Source: Podarcis muralis
Taxonomy: Eukaryota
Direction: 5' to 3'
Assembly (NCBI RefSeq): GCF_964188315.1
Contig: NC_135667.1
Location: 15,562,001 to 15,626,000 of the forward strand
DNA length: 64,000 bases
Both the position numbers and the translations under genes were made by a program. Every line of letters starts with the position of its first letter. The first letter of the stretch is position 1. Under the pieces are notes generated by a model. The model was not told the origin of the DNA, did no database searches, and worked only from the letters and a program-made list of their open reading frames with translations. Positions 60,499 through 64,000 of the stretch are shown one piece after another.

Positions 60499-63400
60499 TG
60501 TGGAATTGATATATTGGGACCCCGCTAATTGATTTGCGATCCTCAATTAGCTATTTATGGCAGCCAGGTCCGGCGCGCTTCCCTCAGCTGCGCCACTCAG
60601 CTCCGTCGTCCAGTAGCTCTCAGTCACACCTTAGCAGAGATAAACACAGCGGTGAAAAACTGTCACGTCCTTTGACAAACACACACAGAGTCCAGGTTTG
60701 TCCAACTTCTGTTCTTTATTCCGACATTCCCCAGGGATCTCCTGGGCTCACCGCAGCCATGAGGAAACTGCGACTTTCTCCCTCAAAGAACCAGGAGGAA
60801 GAGACAGAACTCCTCCCAAGCTCCTCCCAGCTTCTAAAGCTGACGTCAGAATGTTGAGGCATCATGGGAACTTCTTAACCTGTTAAGTTCCAGACCCAAC
60901 ACCCCCTCTTGCCGAAACCATTCTGACAAGACCCTTTTGAGTTCAACACCTTTACCTTTGCCTTGTGCCCCTTCCCGGCATCTTTCCCAGGCACCTGTTG
61001 AACCCCTTCAACACTCCCAGAATCACACTGTGCGACACTTTTCCACGCACCTGTGACCTGATACCCTACTGACCCATTAGGGCCAGCAGTTGTGTCTTCT
61101 CCGTCAGACTCTTCCCCCTCTGACTTGACAACCCGTCCGTGAGCTTTCTCCATTACGCTTACCGGAGATGAAGCCTCACACCTGGACACTCCTTTCACAA
61201 CTCTTGGAGATGCCCAAACCTGCCCTGACCCTGGACCTGGTCCCCATCACCGGGTTCTGAACCCTGATTCTGGACCTGATCCCCATCACCGGATTCAGCC
61301 ACAGCCTCCCTTCTCCCTTGAGAAGACTTTGCACCCGTCACCTGGTGACGTATTCCCTTTTCCTTGAAAAACTCCTCCAGAGCAGACCCAGTAAACTGTG
61401 ACCCTCGGTCGCTCTTGAACCCTTGCACCTTGGTGGAAAACCTTAGTTCCACCTCCGCAACCCAATCCTGGATCAGTTGCGCCGCCTCCCCCTGTGATTT
61501 GAGAGAGAGACACCAGCCAACCTGGCTGTGGCCATCTGTCAGCGATAGCACATACCTGGCCCCACCCAGACTCTCACACCTCATGGGTCCTGACAGATCT
61601 GTGTGAACCAGCTCAAAGGGCTTCTTTGGCTACCCTCCCAAACCCGGGAAAACCAAGTACCTTTGCACCTTTGCATGCCCTGCACCCTTGGGACCTCCTC
61701 CCACATTGTGTGATTTTACACCCTTTTGTGCACCTGTGCAACTTTTGCACATGACTGGGAACCTTAGCACAATGCACCTGTGCTTTTCCAGCATTCCCAC
61801 CACCCTCCAGAAGTGTCTCCAGAACAAAGAAATTGTTCTCCCTTTTCATGTTGACCAGTTGTCGCCCCCCTCTGAAAATGGAACAGGTGTCATTTTCAAA
61901 GCAAACATTGTATCCCTGCTTCATTAGAGCTGATACAGATAAAAGACAACTATTCAGTCCCGGCACAACGCAGACCTCTAGCTCCTCCTGTAAAGGAGAA
62001 AAACACGTTAGCCACAGCAGAAACCGACTTTTTCATTCCGTCTGCTAACATAACAATTGTTTCTGTTGAAACAGCCCTGCAGTTCCGCATTTTGCCAGCA
62101 GGCTTGCCTATCAGGTGCTGCCTGATAGTAGAATCCAAAACACCCAGCGTGTCACCGTGTCCTGGCTGGAGTTGTTCTTCACAGTTGCCATAGAAGCAGT
62201 GATAAGAAAAACAACCCTCCCCAGCGTCTGAGACACGTCCTTCCCTTGCGTTCCCACGCTGGCCTCCTCTCCCAGACTGACTCCCGAAAAGCACTCCTTG
62301 CCAGCTCCGCCCACTCTGAACCTCCACTTCATTCCAGCACGTACAGTGGAAAACTTTTTAAACGTGCCTTTGGAAACCTTCGCCCCCCCCCCGACCTGCT
62401 CAGCAGCACTCCTTGTGGCTAAAGCATCAGGGACAGGGGCTCCAGCCATCTTTAGGCTTTTGTCCAGGGCTCTGGCTTCCTGCTGAAGCTTCACAGCACA
62501 CGCAGCACATTCCCAGACAGCCCTTTTAGACTCTGCAAACCTGGCAGCAACAGCAGCAGTGGCAATAGTCCCTTCGCCCCCCCTCTGGGGCCCACAGCCC
62601 TTCCCAGCTGTGCACCGGCTCTCACGAAGGTGGTCAGCGCCATCTTGCCTTCCTGTTCTGAAGCAGCCATCTCCCGGCCCTTGCTGCCGCCTCCAGCCTC
62701 ACAAACTCCCTGGAGCGCTAGCCAAGCGGCCTCTGGCTTCCTGGCACCCAGAACAATAGGCTTCAGATCAGCAGCCAGGTTGCCCAACTTCTTAAAGTGA
62801 GCATGGAATGTCCTCCAAGACCTGGCAGCCTGCCATCCTCTTCCGTTCTCCCAAGGGGCCCCAAGCTGTACTTACAGATCACAAGCTCCTCTGGCACCCG
62901 TGGAGAAGCGATTCCTTGCTGCCTTCAGCTCCCAGAGCTCCAGCTGGTCCCAGCACTCAGCAACACAGGCAGCCACTTTGTGTCTTTCAGTCAGCCGCTT
63001 TTAGCTCCGCAGCTACTCCTTTGCCTCTTAACACCAGGCAAAATCACTCCGCCAAACTTCAAACGCATTCCGGCAGCTCCAGTGACAGTTTTACAAGCGG
63101 TAATTAAGTACCCATAACCTGTGGAATTGATATATTGGGACCCCGCTAATTGATTTGCGATCCTCAATTAGCTATTTATGGCAGCCAGGTCCGGCGCGCT
63201 TCCCTCAGCTGCGCCACTCAGCTCCGTCGTCCAGTAGCTCTCAGTCACACCTTAGCAGAGATAAACACAGCGGTGAAAAACTGTCACGTCCTTTGACAAA
63301 CACACACAGAGTCCAGGTTTGTCCAACTTCTGTTCTTTATTCCGACATTCCCCAGGGATCTCCTGGGCTCACCGCAGCCATGAGGAAACTGCGACTTTCT

Positions 63401-63522
63401 CCCTCAAAGAACCAGGAGGAAGAGACAGAACTCCTCCCAAGCTCCTCCCAGCTTCTAAAGCTGACGTCAGAATGTTGAGGCATCATGGGAACTTCTTAAC
63501 CTGTTAAGTTCCAGACCCAACA
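60499..63522 (-). mobile_element. Ty1/copia LTR retrotransposon, internally deleted and non-autonomous
   Basis: 403-bp LTRs at 60499-60901 and 63120-63522, TG...CA, 5-bp TSD tatca, copia-type PBS GGTTATGGG, PPT caagaggggg; remnants of protease (WVLDS), VPGL..LLSVS and integrase (KSDRGSQF); no RT/RNase H. Confidence 0.92.
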
Positions 63523-63639
63523 TATCACCAGGTATTGCTTATCTTAAACCAAGATAAAAAAATAGGATTTGAAAAAAAATGATAACGATAACGATATCTT
63601 TATTGTCATTGTCCCTTGCAGAACAATGAAATTGAAAAA

Positions 63640-63770
63640 CTACATAAAACTACATAAAACTACCACAAAACTACATAAAAAACTACATAAAAAACTACAT
63701 AAAAAACTACATAAAAAACTACATAAAAAACTACATAAAAAACTACATAAAAAACTACATAAAACATTCA
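63640..63770. repeat. (AAAAAACTACAT)n-like minisatellite
   Basis: Directly visible. Confidence 0.9.
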
Positions 63771-64000
63771 AAAACCCCTAAAAACTCTAAAACCCCATTT
63801 TAAAATACACTATACTACAGAGACCCCTTATGCTGCGTTTAGAACCAGAATTGCATTAGCGTAGAAACTGTTTCTCAGGCAGCTAGTCCTGGCCTTTATA
63901 ACCCTATACCTTCTTCCAGAAGGCAGAAGCTGAAAGAGATCATTTCTGGGGTGCGTACTATCTTGTGCTATCTCTGCTGCTTTCTTATGGCACCAGGCAG

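Noticed and set aside
60534-63478. Two identical 107-aa ORFs as a duplicated gene
   Set aside because: Both lie inside the paired copia LTRs.

Overview
Vertebrate genomic DNA, most likely a squamate reptile and probably a lacertid lizard (inferred from Sauria-type SINEs, BovB and squamate-like hAT/Tigger MITEs). The window is a minus-strand tandem cluster of innate-immune death-fold genes built from PYD, FIIND (ZU5-UPA) and CARD exons. They resemble the 3' half of NLRP1/CARD8 and the ASC PYD and CARD, but no NACHT or LRR exon is present. Manual splice reconstruction, with phases checked at each junction, gives five models. Gene A (20572-13890, ~610 aa): internally deleted PYD, internally deleted CARD, CxxC linker, FIIND, CARD. 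Gene B (36142-28433, ~765 aa): long N-terminal extension, PYD, CxxC, FIIND, CARD. Gene C (58106-40460, up to ~1096 aa): PYD, PYD, CARD, CxxC, FIIND with F-Y at the autocleavage site, CxxC, FIIND with canonical F-S, CARD; one junction (PYD2 to CARD) is unresolved. Two near-duplicate PYD genes sit at the left: one is predicted PYD-only (11284-10591), and one splices into a >1.4 kb frame-preserving tandem-repeat exon that runs off the window (2097 to <1). Four more decayed PYD exons are visible, for ten PYD modules in total. The background is rich in transposons, including several solo LTRs of one family and a young non-autonomous copia element with apparently identical LTRs. All gene models are predictions without RNA evidence, and domain names come from recalled similarity to human NLRP1/CARD8/ASC, not from a database search.
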